From Alloascoidea hylecoeti (Eukaryota): DNA of 64,000 nucleotides. A model generated the notes under the pieces. That model ran no database searches, was not told the origin of the DNA, and saw nothing but the letters and a program-made list of their open reading frames with translations. The stretch covers positions 398,194-462,193 of the forward strand of contig BCKZ01000009.1 of the NCBI GenBank assembly GCA_001600815.1. Reading direction: 5' to 3'. Shown here piece after piece: positions 1 through 11,756 of the stretch (the stretch's first letter is position 1; each line of letters starts with the position of its first letter). A program made the position numbers and the translations under genes.

Positions 1-730
1 ATGAAGTGGCATAATATTGGATTTCCGCTGCATACTACAGGTGAATCAGGCTACAACTCCAACACTTCTATCTCCCACTCAAAAAATCAATTCATCGCAA
101 TTGTAGCGTGTGAGTACACTATATGTGTCATCCTGTTTGAATATGGAATCTTCAGGAAGCTCTTCAAAGGCCTCTTCCAAAAGTTATACGTAGGAACGTG
201 TGGTGGCTCCTTTCTATAGCTATTTTTGGTAATCGAAAGTCCTTAGAACACTCTGATTTATCCTTAGATAATATTCTTCTGTTCATTTGGTTCTTCTACT
301 TCAGATAATACCTTTTACAAGCCTAAAATATTCCAATATTAATCTATTTCTAGAGTGTTTCTTAGGTGGTCTTTGGTATTCTAATTAATTGAAGTTTGAA
401 GCCAGCTTGTGATTTAATCTATATTTATTCAAGGGGAGAGCTTCCACAACCATCAGAATTCTGATTTACTGCCATTTTAGTGAAAATTTTAGGCATTTTT
501 ATTGGAGGAGGTGTTACATCAGAAAAGTTGTTGGAGTATTTATTTTCTATGAACCGCACAGTTGAGGGGGATTATTTCAGCAATTAAGAAGCCATGTTTA
601 TGGTCAGATTACAAATATCAGTCCATTCAGTTGGTTGCGATTGTTTTTTAGAATCGAAATTATGTGAAATCTCGCTGGAGTTTTAGAAGTCATCCCAAGT
701 AATTAAAAAGATGGAATTTTTGGAGGGGGT
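1..730 (-). mobile_element. Degenerate Tc1/mariner (impala-like) transposon fragment, copy A; runs off the left window edge
   Basis: The reverse complement aligns by eye with 40835-41710 on the + strand. Shared blocks include TTGGAAGAGGCCTTTGA, CTGGCTTCAAA, TAAACAT(G/A)GCTTCT and TGTAATCTG. It translates with stops and frameshifts to LEEAFEELPEDSIFKQDD...IAMN*FFEWEIEVLEL*PDSP, i.e. the FxQDN...WPxxSPD DDE motifs. It has an internal deletion relative to copy B. Confidence 0.8.
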
Positions 731-864
731 AATTGACGCTTGGCTGTAATTATGTGTCTTTCTGCTTTCAACCTCCTCAATAATTATAACCACATCAATA
801 CAAAGCTCACTCATAAATCAACTCTAGACCTGGTATCATCGCTTTTATTATTAAATTAGGTTAA

Positions 865-1917
865 ATGAGATTAAAATTACGACTTCCTTCTGGAACATCT
901 ATTTGTGCCTTAACAAGTTCCGCCACTGTTAAAGAATTAAGGACAATAGTTGCAAAACTCGATAACAATTTCACCACTGATAGTAATATCGAAGTAAAGG
1001 TTTCATTCCCTCCGAAAGTTATAGACCTAAGTGATGATACACAACTATTAATAGATGTTGGTGTTAAAACCGGTGACTTATTGATTGTTAGCTTATCAAA
1101 TGTAAACGATACATCATCTTCAAGCGTGCTTACAAATAATGATTCAACCTTAAACACTGGAAATGCTGAAGAGGCTCCGCCACCTTATACAAAACCCAAA
1201 GGTTCTTTATATCAAGAACTATTACAATCTGAAGTTAATGAGAAAGAGATTGCTCAGTCACAAGACTCCAAAACAACCCCACCGAAAATTGACTTAAATG
1301 ATGGACAAGTGATATTACGTGTAATGGAAGATGATAATTCATGTTTATTTCGAGCCATTGGTTACTGTGTACTTGGGAAGATTGACACAATGATTGAATT
1401 AAGACATATTGTGGCTGATGCAATACGCAAAGATCCTATAGAATATTCAGATGCTATATTAGGAAAACCACGTAATGAATATATAACGTGGATTTTACAA
1501 CCAACTAGTTGGGGTGGAGCAATTGAAATTGCAATTTTAGCTGAACATTTAGGTATAACAATCAACTCATTTGATGTCTCAACCGGTCGCGTAGATACAT
1601 TCAATCCAGATGCGAAATCATTTTGCAATATTATTTACAGTGGAATTCATTATGATGCTGTTGCTTATACTCCGGCTACTGGTAGTGGAGAAGGGGGAGA
1701 ATTCGATGCAACAGTTTTTGGAAAGTTAGATCAAACAGGTATTCAAGTAATGGTTGCAACAGATGATCTTGTATCTCTATTGAAAGTCAGGCATTACTAC
1801 ACTGATACTGCAAATTATACAATTAAATGTAATGTTTGCAATCAACAATTCAAAGGAAATTCGGATGCTACAAAACATGCCAATCAATCTGGACATTATG
1901 AATTTGTTGAATGTTAA
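865..1917 (+). CDS. OTU1: OTU-family deubiquitinase (UBX-like N-terminus, OTU domain, C2H2 zinc finger)
   Basis: DDNSCLFRA catalytic Cys motif, SWGGAIE, YSGIHYD His motif, and C-terminal C-x2-C...H-x4-H. Confidence 0.95.
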   Translation: MRLKLRLPSGTSICALTSSATVKELRTIVAKLDNNFTTDSNIEVKVSFPPKVIDLSDDTQLLIDVGVKTGDLLIVSLSNVNDTSSSSVLTNNDSTLNTGNAEEAPPPYTKPKGSLYQELLQSEVNEKEIAQSQDSKTTPPKIDLNDGQVILRVMEDDNSCLFRAIGYCVLGKIDTMIELRHIVADAIRKDPIEYSDAILGKPRNEYITWILQPTSWGGAIEIAILAEHLGITINSFDVSTGRVDTFNPDAKSFCNIIYSGIHYDAVAYTPATGSGEGGEFDATVFGKLDQTGIQVMVATDDLVSLLKVRHYYTDTANYTIKCNVCNQQFKGNSDATKHANQSGHYEFVEC

Positions 1918-2074
1918 TTTTTTTTTTTTTTTTCATAAGCAAATATCTTAAGCATTATTTTTAACAAGAAACATAAATCAAATAACCCATTAATTTATAT
2001 AAACGTAAGAGTGGTAAAATTATAGCCAAATAAAAATAAAAAATAATCAAAATTCCCAAGTGATATACAATAAT

Positions 2075-2620
2075 CTATGCCATTACAACTTCAGTAGCCA
2101 CTGTATCAATTTCAGCTTCAATAGCCAGCCCTGGTTGTTCTACTAATGCTGGTTCCATTTCAACCTCCATCTGTGATTGTTGTTCTTCTAATTTGTTTTG
2201 CTCACGTTCTTCTGCTTCCCTTTTGGCTCGTGCTTTGTATTCTTCAACTTTAGCTAAAAAGTTCTGAACTCCAACTCCTGCTGCAGCATCTGCTTCTAAT
2301 TGTGTATAAGGTCCAAGACTTAATAATCTTAACCTCCTTTTATGAACTTTTGCTCCTTCATGGCTTTTTAAAGCAGCATCGTTTTCAAAATATTTAGCAC
2401 ATGGAATACAATAAAATTGTCCTAATCCCGGTTTCGTTTCATCCAACGGTTGATTCTTTAATTTATGAATAGATTCTTTGCTACCAAGATCACCATATAT
2501 CAGGTCAAGATCACTATTAATGATACATTAGAAGTGTCGCTTAGAAACGTGGTATTAATATAAACAAACATACCGAGTACGACGCTTGGTCTTGTATTTC
2601 ATAACTGATAAACGTCCCAT
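2075..2620 (-). CDS. BUD20: Zinc-finger pre-60S factor Bud20 (ZNF593 family), 2 exons, 161 aa
   Basis: Exons 2620-2574 and 2513-2075, separated by a 60-nt GTATGT...TAG intron. The spliced product reads MGRLSVMKYKTKRRTRDLDLIYGDL...PLDETKPGLGQFYCIPCAKYF. Confidence 0.93.
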
Positions 2621-2862
2621 TTTTATATTATTTATATGTATTAAAAATTAAAAAGATTATGTTTGTGCATACAAATGAAAATTTTCGATATCGTTAAATG
2701 ATTATGTAACAGTTGACATAATCTTAAAATGCATTACGAGCCCTATCCGGGTAATGTCTGTATTCGGAATAAAGCAGTCACAAGATGTATGGATGTTATG
2801 GATTTTCAAGCTTTTGACTCTTCCACCAAGAATAGTAAAATTATAATCAACATATATCAAAA
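2621..2862. promoter_or_regulatory. Bidirectional BUD20/RPL10 promoter with RRPE, a Tbf1-like half-site and a Homol-D box
   Basis: TGAAAATTTT at 2676-2685 (RRPE), AGCCCTA at 2739-2745 (reverse complement TAGGGCT) and CAGTCACA at 2775-2782 (Homol-D consensus). Confidence 0.6.
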
Positions 2863-3525
2863 ATGGCTCGTCGTCCAGCTAGATGTTATAGATACTGCAA
2901 AAACAAGCCTTTCCCAAAATCCAGATACAACAGAGGTGTCCCAGATGCTAAAATCAGAATCTACGATTTAGGTAGAAAGAAGGCTACCGTTGATGAGTTC
3001 CCACTCTGTGTTCATCTCGTCTCCAATGAATTGGAACAACTTACTTCAGAAGCTCTTGAAGCTGCTCGTATCTGTGCCAACAAATACTTCACCAAAGTTT
3101 CTGGAAGAGATTCTTTCCATTTGCGTGTCAGAGCTCATCCTTTCCACGTTTTACGTATCAACAAGATGTTGTCATGTGCCGGTGCCGATAGATTGCAACA
3201 AGGTATGAGAGGAGCTTGGGGTAAACCACAAGGTCTTGCTGCCCGTGTTAACATTGGTCAAATTATTTTGTCTGTCCGAACAAAGGATGTCAACAAAGCT
3301 GTTGCCATTGAAGCTTTGAGAAGATCCAGATACAAATTCCCAGGTCAACAAAAGATCATTATTTCCAAGAAATGGGGTTTCACAAGTTTAGACAGACCTG
3401 ACTACATTGTTAAGAGAGATGCTGGTGAAATTAAAGATGATGGTTCTTTTGTTAAATTCTTGAGCAGAAAGGGTAATTTAGAAGAAAACTTCAAGTCTTT
3501 CCCAGAGTACTTTGCCGGTATTTAA
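2863..3525 (+). CDS. RPL10: 60S ribosomal protein L10 (uL16)
   Basis: [11 protein letters not shown]...[24 protein letters not shown]; intronless. Confidence 0.99.
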   Translation: MARRPARCYRYCKNKPFPKSRYNRGVPDAKIRIYDLGRKKATVDEFPLCVHLVSNELEQLTSEALEAARICANKYFTKVSGRDSFHLRVRAHPFHVLRINKMLSCAGADRLQQGMRGAWGKPQGLAARVNIGQIILSVRTKDVNKAVAIEALRRSRYKFPGQQKIIISKKWGFTSLDRPDYIVKRDAGEIKDDGSFVKFLSRKGNLEENFKSFPEYFAGI

Positions 3526-3928
3526 ATATAGATTTATATATTAATTGGTCTCTGTAATAATAATGTTCCTTTATTCTTTTTCAACTATTGCTTTAGTAGG
3601 TATGAATATCTGTAATCTGTAAAAGAATGAAATTTAAAAATAGAATGAGCGTTTTAAATTATTCTCTAGGTCCGTTTCCAGAACAATATATTGTCAGTAA
3701 ACACGTTTTTGTTATCAAACCGGGTTTTGTGAAATTCCAACATTTTATAAATATTTATAACAATTCATTTCATAAACACGGTGTTAAAACGTCAGAAACA
3801 TGTGTAATATTGTGTATGGATTATTATATAAACGATTCATCCATTTACTTCTCTTCTTCTTCTTTGCACCACCAAAACCTTAAACCGCCCCGCAACTACT
3901 TTTTTAATTACTATTTCATCTTTATAAT

Positions 3929-4836
3929 ATGGCTTCTCTTTTCGCAGATAGACCATTGGGTAAAACTCTCGTTTTATTTGATGTTGATGGAACCTTAACT
4001 CCTGCTAGATTGGTACGTGGCATTTATATATATGAATGGAATGCATGGGTGCTTGAAGAAGTTATCATTAAAACTAACTTTGTGCTATTGGCAGGTTATC
4101 TCTGATGAAATGAGACAAACTCTCATTAAGCTACGAGAGAAGGCCGTTATAGGGTTTGTTGGTGGTAGTGATCTATCCAAACAACTGGAACAATTAGGCA
4201 CCACTGGTATGTGCCTTAAATTTATTGAATATACAAGATTTAGACTAACATTATTGGAATATGCTTTTAGTTTTGGACGACTTCGACTATTGTTTCTCTG
4301 AAAATGGTCTCACTGCTTATCGTCTTGGTGTAAAGCAAGCCTCTCAATCATTCATTAACTGGATTGGTGATGAGAAGTACAACGCTTTAGCTAAATGGAT
4401 TCTTAGATATTTATCTGATATTGACTTACCTGTTCGCCGCGGTACTTTTCTTGAATTCAGAAACGGTATGATCAATGTTTCTCCCATTGGTCGTAACGCT
4501 TCTACACAAGAAAGAAATGATTTCGAGAAATTTGACCATGTTAGTAAAGTTCGTGAAACTATGGTTTCAGAATTAAGAAAAGCATTCCCGGATTATGGTT
4601 TAACATACTCTATCGGTGGCCAAATCTCTTTCGATGTTTTCCCAACTGGTTGGGACAAAACATATTGTTTAAGACATGTTGAAAATGAGAATTTTGAAGA
4701 AATTCATTTCTTTGGTGATAAAGCATATGAAGGTGGTAATGACTGGGAAATCTACTCTGATGACAGAACCATTGGTCACTCCGTCAAGAGTCCTGCCGAT
4801 ACTATCAGAATCCTAAAGGAAATCTTTGATTTATAA
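3929..4836 (+). CDS. SEC53: Phosphomannomutase, 3 exons, 253 aa
   Basis: Exons 3929-4012, 4095-4206 and 4271-4836, with GTACGT..CAG and GTATGT..TAG introns carrying ACTAAC branch points. Motifs [26 protein letters not shown] and FFGDK. Confidence 0.96.
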
Positions 4837-4935
4837 ATTAAAATAAATTCCGTGTGATTTTATTTACTGTGTAACTCATTTTTATTTATTTTATATAATT
4901 TTATAAAACAGATTAATACAATATTAATATTCATT

Positions 4936-5562
4936 TTATGATAATAGTCTAATGTATGCCAATAATAATGCAAAGGCACCAGTACAAACACCAATTAACC
5001 ACTGCATAACTTGAGTTTTCACTGAATCTATCTGTGTTTTCATGTTTGCAAGTTCTTGATCGATTCTTGTGTCTGTCTCGCTAATTTTCAACTCATGTAT
5101 CGAACTTTCTTCTCGAATTCGACCCTTTTCAAGATTCAAATCCAACTTAACGCTTGCTTGATTCTTTGTTATTTCTTCGCGTAGTTTTTGTCTTAGTTTT
5201 TCGATATCAGTTTGTAATCTTTCGTGTTCGGATTTGATCTTATTGAATTCCGATCTATCAACATTCTGTAATGCCCCTTTCAATTTCGCAAAGTCTACTT
5301 TTTGCTGGTAAGCAAGGCGTGATAAAGCTTCTTTGGTAACCAATGTAGAAGATAAATTTTGAATACTGTCATCTATAACGAGAGATAATGACTTTAAAAC
5401 TGCTACTGATTGTTGTTGAGTAAAACCTTCCTTCTCCAATTCAACAGCGAATTTGCGGGTATCAAAGTGATACCGAGTCTGTATTGTAGCTTGTCTTGGA
5501 AATACCGTCGTTGAAAACGGCCTTGAAGGTCGTATCAGCCTAATAATAGGAGATCGAAACAT
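4936..5562 (-). CDS. FMP32: Mitochondrial DUF1640/CCDC90 (MCUR1-like) coiled-coil membrane protein
   Basis: Arg-rich presequence, HFDT motif, KLDLNLEKGRIRE, and a C-terminal TM helix WLIGVCTGAFALLLAYIRL. Confidence 0.85.
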   Translation of the reverse strand: MFRSPIIRLIRPSRPFSTTVFPRQATIQTRYHFDTRKFAVELEKEGFTQQQSVAVLKSLSLVIDDSIQNLSSTLVTKEALSRLAYQQKVDFAKLKGALQNVDRSEFNKIKSEHERLQTDIEKLRQKLREEITKNQASVKLDLNLEKGRIREESSIHELKISETDTRIDQELANMKTQIDSVKTQVMQWLIGVCTGAFALLLAYIRLLS

Positions 5563-5720
5563 TTGCAGTGGCAGTAATGTGAAAATAGAAAAATATGTAG
5601 GAGTGGTTGAATAATTTGTTTTGATTAAAGCTATGCTTGAGGTTATGGTTGTTTTTTGTTGTGTTTGAACTTACTTTTTTTTACCAATGAAAACTTATCA
5701 TTTGTCATTCACCAAGATTC

Positions 5721-7912
5721 ATGTTGAGACTCACAAGCAAATTTCCAAAGAAGAGAATATCCATATCTCGCTATGGAATAACTACACAATTTCGTACCAT
5801 TAAATATAATTCTGGTCCTAAGTCAGGCCAATTCGATGAAAAGATAGAGAAAAGAGAAGTTCATCAACCGCTCGATCCAATTAATGATCCAAACTTTAAG
5901 GCTGTGAAACCTCCAGTCGAGTATATACCACCCGATTTTACCAATCGGCCAAATGAATTTACTGGGAATGTTTACTCTTCAGTTGCTATCATTGCTGGGG
6001 CTTCTCTGATTGCGTTGGGGACACTTTATTGGTTTTCAGATGTCTGGGATCCAATTGGGCTTCGTAGACTTTCTTCAAAATTTAAAGACGACCCCTTTAA
6101 TGAAATAAACAGTCCTAAAAAGCAAAAAAACAAAAAGGGAAATATGTCTTGGATCCAAATACCATCCAATGATAATGACGAATCTGTTCCTGGAGGTATG
6201 TTATTAGATTACACACATGTTATAAAATTAACTAACAATTGGTAGTTTACGTTTGGGGTCATAACCTTCACCATGTTATTGACTCACCACTTGAAATCGT
6301 AAAAGCACCCACAAGGCTTGCTTGGTTTGATGGAAAGCTTTTAAAAGATTTAATAATCTCCGAAGATTTTGGTGTGGCGCTACTGGAAAATGGAAATTTA
6401 GTACAATGGGGAGACGGGTATAAACCTTCAGATACCCCAATTATTAAAAATACTACAACTGCTATTGAGAATAAATTGTTATCGGGGAAAGGAAAAACTT
6501 TAAATGTGGTTCAAGTTGAACCAGAGGTTACTGTTGAAGGCTTGAACTTTGAACATATCGTAACGAGTAATGAAGCAATTTATGCCCTTGATAATAAGAA
6601 AGAATTATATACCATTCCCATTTCTAAGGATAAACAAGAGAACTTGGCAGTATCAAACAAATCTCCTAATAGTTGGCTGGGAAGAAAACAAAAGATAAAC
6701 TATACAAAAATAAATTTATCTTTGCTTAATAATAATGAAGTAATTACTGATATGAAAGCAGGTAAAGAACATTTATTGTTACTGACATCAAATGGGAGGG
6801 TTTTCACTACAGCTACTGGATTTGAAACTTTAGAAAAATCTCATGGTCAATTTGGTATTCCTACTTTTAGTCAATTCGATGATCCACCTGAACCTAATAC
6901 AATACATGAAGTGTTTTTATTAAATAACAATAAATTAAAAGATCAAGGTAATGGGAAGGTTTATTATTCTCCTCGCCGAATAATGGAAATTACTACAGGT
7001 GATTATCACTCATTGGCAAGAGATGAAGTGGGCCGACTATGGTCATTCGGAAAGAATACATTTGGTCAATTGGGCATCCCATTCACTTATGAGAATGAAA
7101 TTATTAGTTTCCCGCAGCAAGTTCCATTAAGAAAAATTTTACCCAGGAAATTTTATCCAAGTGTTGAAATGATTGCTGCTGGTGGGGAAACCAGTTTTAT
7201 TAAATTGATCCCCTTAGATGTTCAATCTTTATTATACGATCAAAGAAATTCACAATCTAAACTTCAGATTTCTAATGCATTAAGTTTTGATGAAGATGAT
7301 AATGAAAATGAAAGTTCAAAGGATAGGGATTTACTTCAAGTTGAACCTGACTATAAACTTTCATTTGGTACAGGTCTTGTTGGTCAATTAGGTACTGGTA
7401 GATATATCCATTCACAATCACAACCATTAAAAATCCGAGATTTGATGAATCAAACCGAATTTAATGATAAAACAAATCAAAATCAAAGTATTCCAATTCA
7501 TTCTTGGTCTGTTGGTAATAATCATGTTGCAGTTACAATGAATAATGCTAATCATAAAGAATTTGGAAGAGATGTTTTTTTATGGGGCGGGAATCAATAT
7601 GGTCAATTAGGGAATGGAAAACGAAATCATATTCCAAAACCGTTTACCCCTCCAACTCTACCAGACCCTCAATTATTGAAACAACGAAGAAATCAACAAG
7701 ATCGAATAGGTCTTGATGAGTATGAGAAAAGATTTGGTAAAGAAGGAAATGAAGTTAATACAGCTATGGAATATAACAATAGGCTTCAATTATTTGCATC
7801 TAAAAAATTAGAGTGGAAAGATGAAGAATCTAAGAAAACCAGAAAGGAAGTTATTGATCAAGTAATCGTTACTGGTGATAATACTACTGGTCTCTACTAT
7901 AAAAAGAGTTAA
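5721..7912 (+). CDS. FMP25: Mitochondrial RCC1-repeat protein Fmp25/Bca1, 2 exons, 713 aa
   Basis: Exons 5721-6195 and 6246-7912, with a 50-nt GTATGT...ACTAAC...TAG intron that joins PG/VYVWG. Presequence plus TM helix, then RCC1 repeats (GDYHSLA, FGKNTFGQLG, WGGNQYGQLG). Confidence 0.85.
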
Positions 7913-8266
7913 ATCTGTGCATACCATAGCCTATATATATATATTATACATATTCATTGTGTCTAAACCTATAATAGTTGGAGATTTTATGATTATTCTA
8001 TATTTAAGTAATTGTATGTGCCCAGGACGTCCCGTCCTACCCGATGCTTCTACCCGGTCGGCCTTTTGTCGGGCTTTTCCTTTAGTAGTCCTAAACATGT
8101 GCTGGCTTAAGTACTATAAATAAACGGGGCCAATTTCAGGTCTTTGCATCAAATAGCCGGACACAAGGCGGGCGGCGTGGGCGGGATTATATAAATGTCC
8201 CCTCCGCCTATCCTTTCCTTTTGCTTTCCTTGGGATATTTATCAGCTACATTATACGAAGTTACTA

Positions 8267-9016
8267 ATGACAAAGGTATCAACGGAATCGGAAGCTCGAA
8301 CGACGTACAAACAACTATCCGAAGCATCCCGAGTTGAGACTGTAAGAAAAGCAGCGGATATGGTATTATCCGGATCTTCCCAGTATCAAGCAGTTAAAAA
8401 ATATGGAGTACCTAGATCAACTTTAAGAGATTTCCTTAAAAGGGACAAGCCATCAATAAAGAATACCCGTTACTTCACGGCAGAAGAAGAAGTTCTTCTA
8501 GTGCAACAATTAGCAGAATTACAAAAAAAGGGTAAACCTATTCCAAAACTTTTAATCATGAGTGTTGCAGAACAATTATATAAAAGAAAGGAAGGAAATA
8601 ATTCAGGACGAGTACCAGGAGAAAAATGGTATAGAAACTTCATGAAAAGGAATAAACATTTAAAAGTACGTGAAGAAGAAATAAGTGGAGCTCTAGTTAG
8701 AGATGATGATAGATATTTCTATAGCCTGGAACTCTCATTGGACAAAAAACTTGCACTAAAAAGAAACCTAGAAATTTTTGAAAAAATGGATGTTGAGGTA
8801 ATTCAGAGAGAAGGACTGAAATACATCAAAACATTAACAGAAGATATTATTAGTAGTGAGTATGGTGTTAATAGACACGTGAAAAAGAGGAGGATTGATG
8901 ATGTTGCCAAATCTGATAGTGACTCGAACTCAAACTCAGATAACGGTCTGGATGATGACAATATAAATGAAGAAGAAGAGTCCAACAGTACGGATAATAA
9001 TGAATTGGTAGAATAA
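8267..9016 (+). CDS. Psq-type HTH plus CENP-B/Tc5-type HTH DNA-binding protein with an acidic tail and no DDE domain (pogo/Fot1-derived)
   Basis: SQYQAVKKYGVPRSTLRD (psq HTH), FTAEEEVLLV...PGEKWYRNFMKRN (CENP-B HTH) and an Asp/Glu-rich C-terminus. The ATG at 8267 is preferred over 8195 because a TATA-like TATATAAA overlaps the upstream ATG. Confidence 0.8.
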   Translation: MTKVSTESEARTTYKQLSEASRVETVRKAADMVLSGSSQYQAVKKYGVPRSTLRDFLKRDKPSIKNTRYFTAEEEVLLVQQLAELQKKGKPIPKLLIMSVAEQLYKRKEGNNSGRVPGEKWYRNFMKRNKHLKVREEEISGALVRDDDRYFYSLELSLDKKLALKRNLEIFEKMDVEVIQREGLKYIKTLTEDIISSEYGVNRHVKKRRIDDVAKSDSDSNSNSDNGLDDDNINEEEESNSTDNNELVE

Positions 9017-9970
9017 TTGCGGACTGCATGTGATACATTTAGAGAAATACTTGTAATGTTTTAAACTTGTTTATTTCGAATATTAATGATCGCAGTTATG
9101 AATCTTATGACGTTTATTTGCAGTTTTGATTTCTTGTTTTTGATGTTATTTGCATGTCAGGTATAGGTATAAATAGGTTTCATCGTTCTAAATATAACTA
9201 AAGAAGAGTGAACTTGAATGCAGTTTTTTTGTTGTTGCGAATGTCAATGTGTACATTTCCCAATACCGACTTTGCGGCCTTTACTTTGACAGCAGACAAC
9301 CCAAACATACGGGATTCAAGGTGTACAGAGTTGACGGAAAGCAGGATTTGCAAATTCCAACTAGATATGCTCCGGTTGGGGACGTTGTAAAAGGCGTAGC
9401 GGGTTGCAATTGTGATCAGATTCACGAAATGAAACAGGCAGGTAGCAGAAGAAACCTGTAGCAGGGAACTGAGTCAGGGGGTCCTTTGGGGGTCATTCAG
9501 CCCAGGTAATTGGCTCGTACACTTTTCTCAGCCTGCCTGCCAAGCGAAAACATAAAGAAAGTAAAATAGCAGCGAATATGCAGTGCAGCAGAATAACATT
9601 CCTGTAAGTGTTGCCAACAATTACAAACAATTTACAAGGGTCTGCTCGTTATTTACGTTTTACACTGTTCTTATTTCCAAAACGCGCTCTGCAGACGAAT
9701 TTAATTTATATTTAATTAATTTTGTAAATCCTAGTTTTCCAAAGCTCCTGACCGAAAATAGAAATCTCCCCTGATAATTGCCTTTAACCGACAGATTTAT
9801 AAAAAGCTCTCAATGCCCTCGATTATTGCTCTCCCTCGTCTCCTGTTCAATTGTCATTGATATCCTTTCATTTCTTACCAATCTTCCCTCATTTAAATTT
9901 TGAAATCTGCTTTTGAAAAGCACAGTACGCTCTTTAAACCTTATTACAGAAAGAGACTCAAATCCAAAAA

Positions 9971-11155
9971 ATGAAATATTCATCCGCTGTTCTGGCCGCC
10001 TTGGCCGCCTCCTCTGCCATTGCTATCCCGCTTCCCGTCGAGCATGGCCACAATCTCCACAAAAGAGAAGCTGAAGCCGAACCAGCTGTTGTCACCGTCT
10101 TCGTAACCTCTGTCGTTGTTACCCACGTCACCCAAATAAAAACCGTCGGAGCTGCTGCCGCTACTACTTCCGCTGCCGAGGTTGCCGCCACTACAACTGC
10201 CGAGCCAACCACTGAAGTTGTTTCCATTGCTGAACAGCAGAAAGACGTCGAAACTTCAACTTCCGCTGCAGAAGCTACTACTTCGTCCCCTGTTGAAGCT
10301 TCTACCTCTGCTGCTACTTCTACTTCTGAAGCTGCATCTACTTCTACTTCTGAAGCTGCATCTACTTCCACTTCAAGTTCTAGCTCAAGCTCAGGTTCTT
10401 TCAAATACAAGGGTATTTCTTATTCTCCTTACGCCTCTGATGGTAACTGTAAAACTGCTGATGAGGTTGCCACAGATCTTGCCAAACTTCATGATTATGA
10501 AATCATTCGTCTTTACAATATTGACTGTTCAGGTGTTGAAAATGTTGTTGCCAACTTGGTTGATGGACAGAAATTGTTCCAAGGTATTTATACCCTTTCA
10601 ACTGTTGAAGCAGATCTCAAAAGTTTATACTCCATTCTTAGTTCATCTTGGGATTTAATTGATACCATTGCTATTGGTAATGAACTTGTTAACTCTGGTT
10701 CCGCTACCGTTGCTGAAGTTAAGGCCGCTGTTACAATTGCTAGAACAGTTCTTAGTGGTTTAGGTTACTCCGGTTCCATTGTATCCGTTGATACTTTCAG
10801 CGCTGTTTTAGCTAATGAGGAATTATGTGATGTTTCAGATTATATTGCTATTAATGCCCATGCTTACTTTGATAGCACTTGTGAAGCTTCCAATGCTGGT
10901 GAATGGTTATTAAGTACTATTGAATCAGTTTCATCTTTCTGTGGTGGTAAGACAACCTTTGTTACAGAATCTGGTTGGCCATCACAAGGTAACTCCAATG
11001 GTGTCGCCGTTCCTTCCACCTCAAACCAAGAAGCTGCTATTTCCGGAATCGTAGACAAATGCAGTGATTCAGTCTTATTGTTCACAGCTTTCAATGATTT
11101 ATGGAAAGCAGATGGTTCTTATGGTGTTGAGAAATACTGGGGTATCTTAAATTAA
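9971..11155 (+). CDS. Secreted GH17 cell-wall glucanase/transglycosylase (SCW4/SCW10/MP65 family)
   Basis: Signal peptide, KR Kex2 site and Ser/Thr/Ala-rich linker, followed by GISYSPY...CK, IAIGNELV, TESGWPSQG and VEKYWGI. Confidence 0.92.
   Translation: MKYSSAVLAALAASSAIAIPLPVEHGHNLHKREAEAEPAVVTVFVTSVVVTHVTQIKTVGAAAATTSAAEVAATTTAEPTTEVVSIAEQQKDVETSTSAAEATTSSPVEASTSAATSTSEAASTSTSEAASTSTSSSSSSSGSFKYKGISYSPYASDGNCKTADEVATDLAKLHDYEIIRLYNIDCSGVENVVANLVDGQKLFQGIYTLSTVEADLKSLYSILSSSWDLIDTIAIGNELVNSGSATVAEVKAAVTIARTVLSGLGYSGSIVSVDTFSAVLANEELCDVSDYIAINAHAYFDSTCEASNAGEWLLSTIESVSSFCGGKTTFVTESGWPSQGNSNGVAVPSTSNQEAAISGIVDKCSDSVLLFTAFNDLWKADGSYGVEKYWGILN
10314..10367 (+). repeat. Intragenic 24-bp tandem repeat (about 2.2 copies) in the Ser/Thr linker
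   Basis: CTACTTCTACTTCTGAAGCTGCAT is repeated directly and encodes TSTSEAAS twice. Confidence 0.85.
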
Positions 11156-11210
11156 ATTTAGATGTATTTTCTAACCAATTTGCTTTATCATTTTTGGCTA
11201 ATTAATTAAA

Positions 11211-11236
11211 ATCAAATCAAATCAAATCAAAATCAA
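11211..11236 (+). repeat. (ATCAA)n microsatellite in the 3' flank of the GH17 gene
   Basis: atcaaatcaaatcaaatcaaaatcaa. Confidence 0.8.
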
Positions 11237-11756
11237 AAAAAAATTTACCGTTCAAATATTCTTTCTCGGACTTTTGCTTCATGACTCATTTGTTGCTATG
11301 GCTATATATCATTGGTATACGGAGCTAAATTTTTGTTTAAATTTTCATATAATTTTTCATACATATATAAATAATTATAAAATTATGATTTCGGTGTTTA
11401 CTGCTCACCGAGAAATTGTTCGTGGAGTAATTGATCATGACTAGTCAGTGTCACCTAGGCCCCATGATCACGGTGGGTAAGGTTCTCCGGATCCGGGTGT
11501 GTAATAATTATAATCAAGCTTATAAGGCTTACAAAATTATGAAACTGGTTGATGAATGATGATATGGTAAAAGTGAATTAATTTAGCATCATGTTTCATA
11601 AAATGTCGTACCATGCACCTGCTATGCAGCCGAATGATTGAGTACATTGATTATATAATACCTGAATAAGGAGTTGAAAACTTCGAAAGAGCGGGTAACT
11701 GCACGCTATTTTGCCAGTTGTCAGATTTAAACAATTAAATCATTAAAAAATCTCTA

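Noticed and set aside
1..219. 72-aa + strand ORF in the track
   Set aside because: It is the antisense shadow of the Tc1 transposase relic.
3627..4301. ORFs 3627-3998 and 4017-4301
   Set aside because: They are explained by the promoter and the spliced exons and introns of SEC53.
8014..8275. Possible intron upstream of the HTH gene (GTATGT at 8014; TACTAAT...AAG at 8262-8275)
   Set aside because: The nearest upstream ATG would be out of frame, and a TATA-like box lies within the putative intron.
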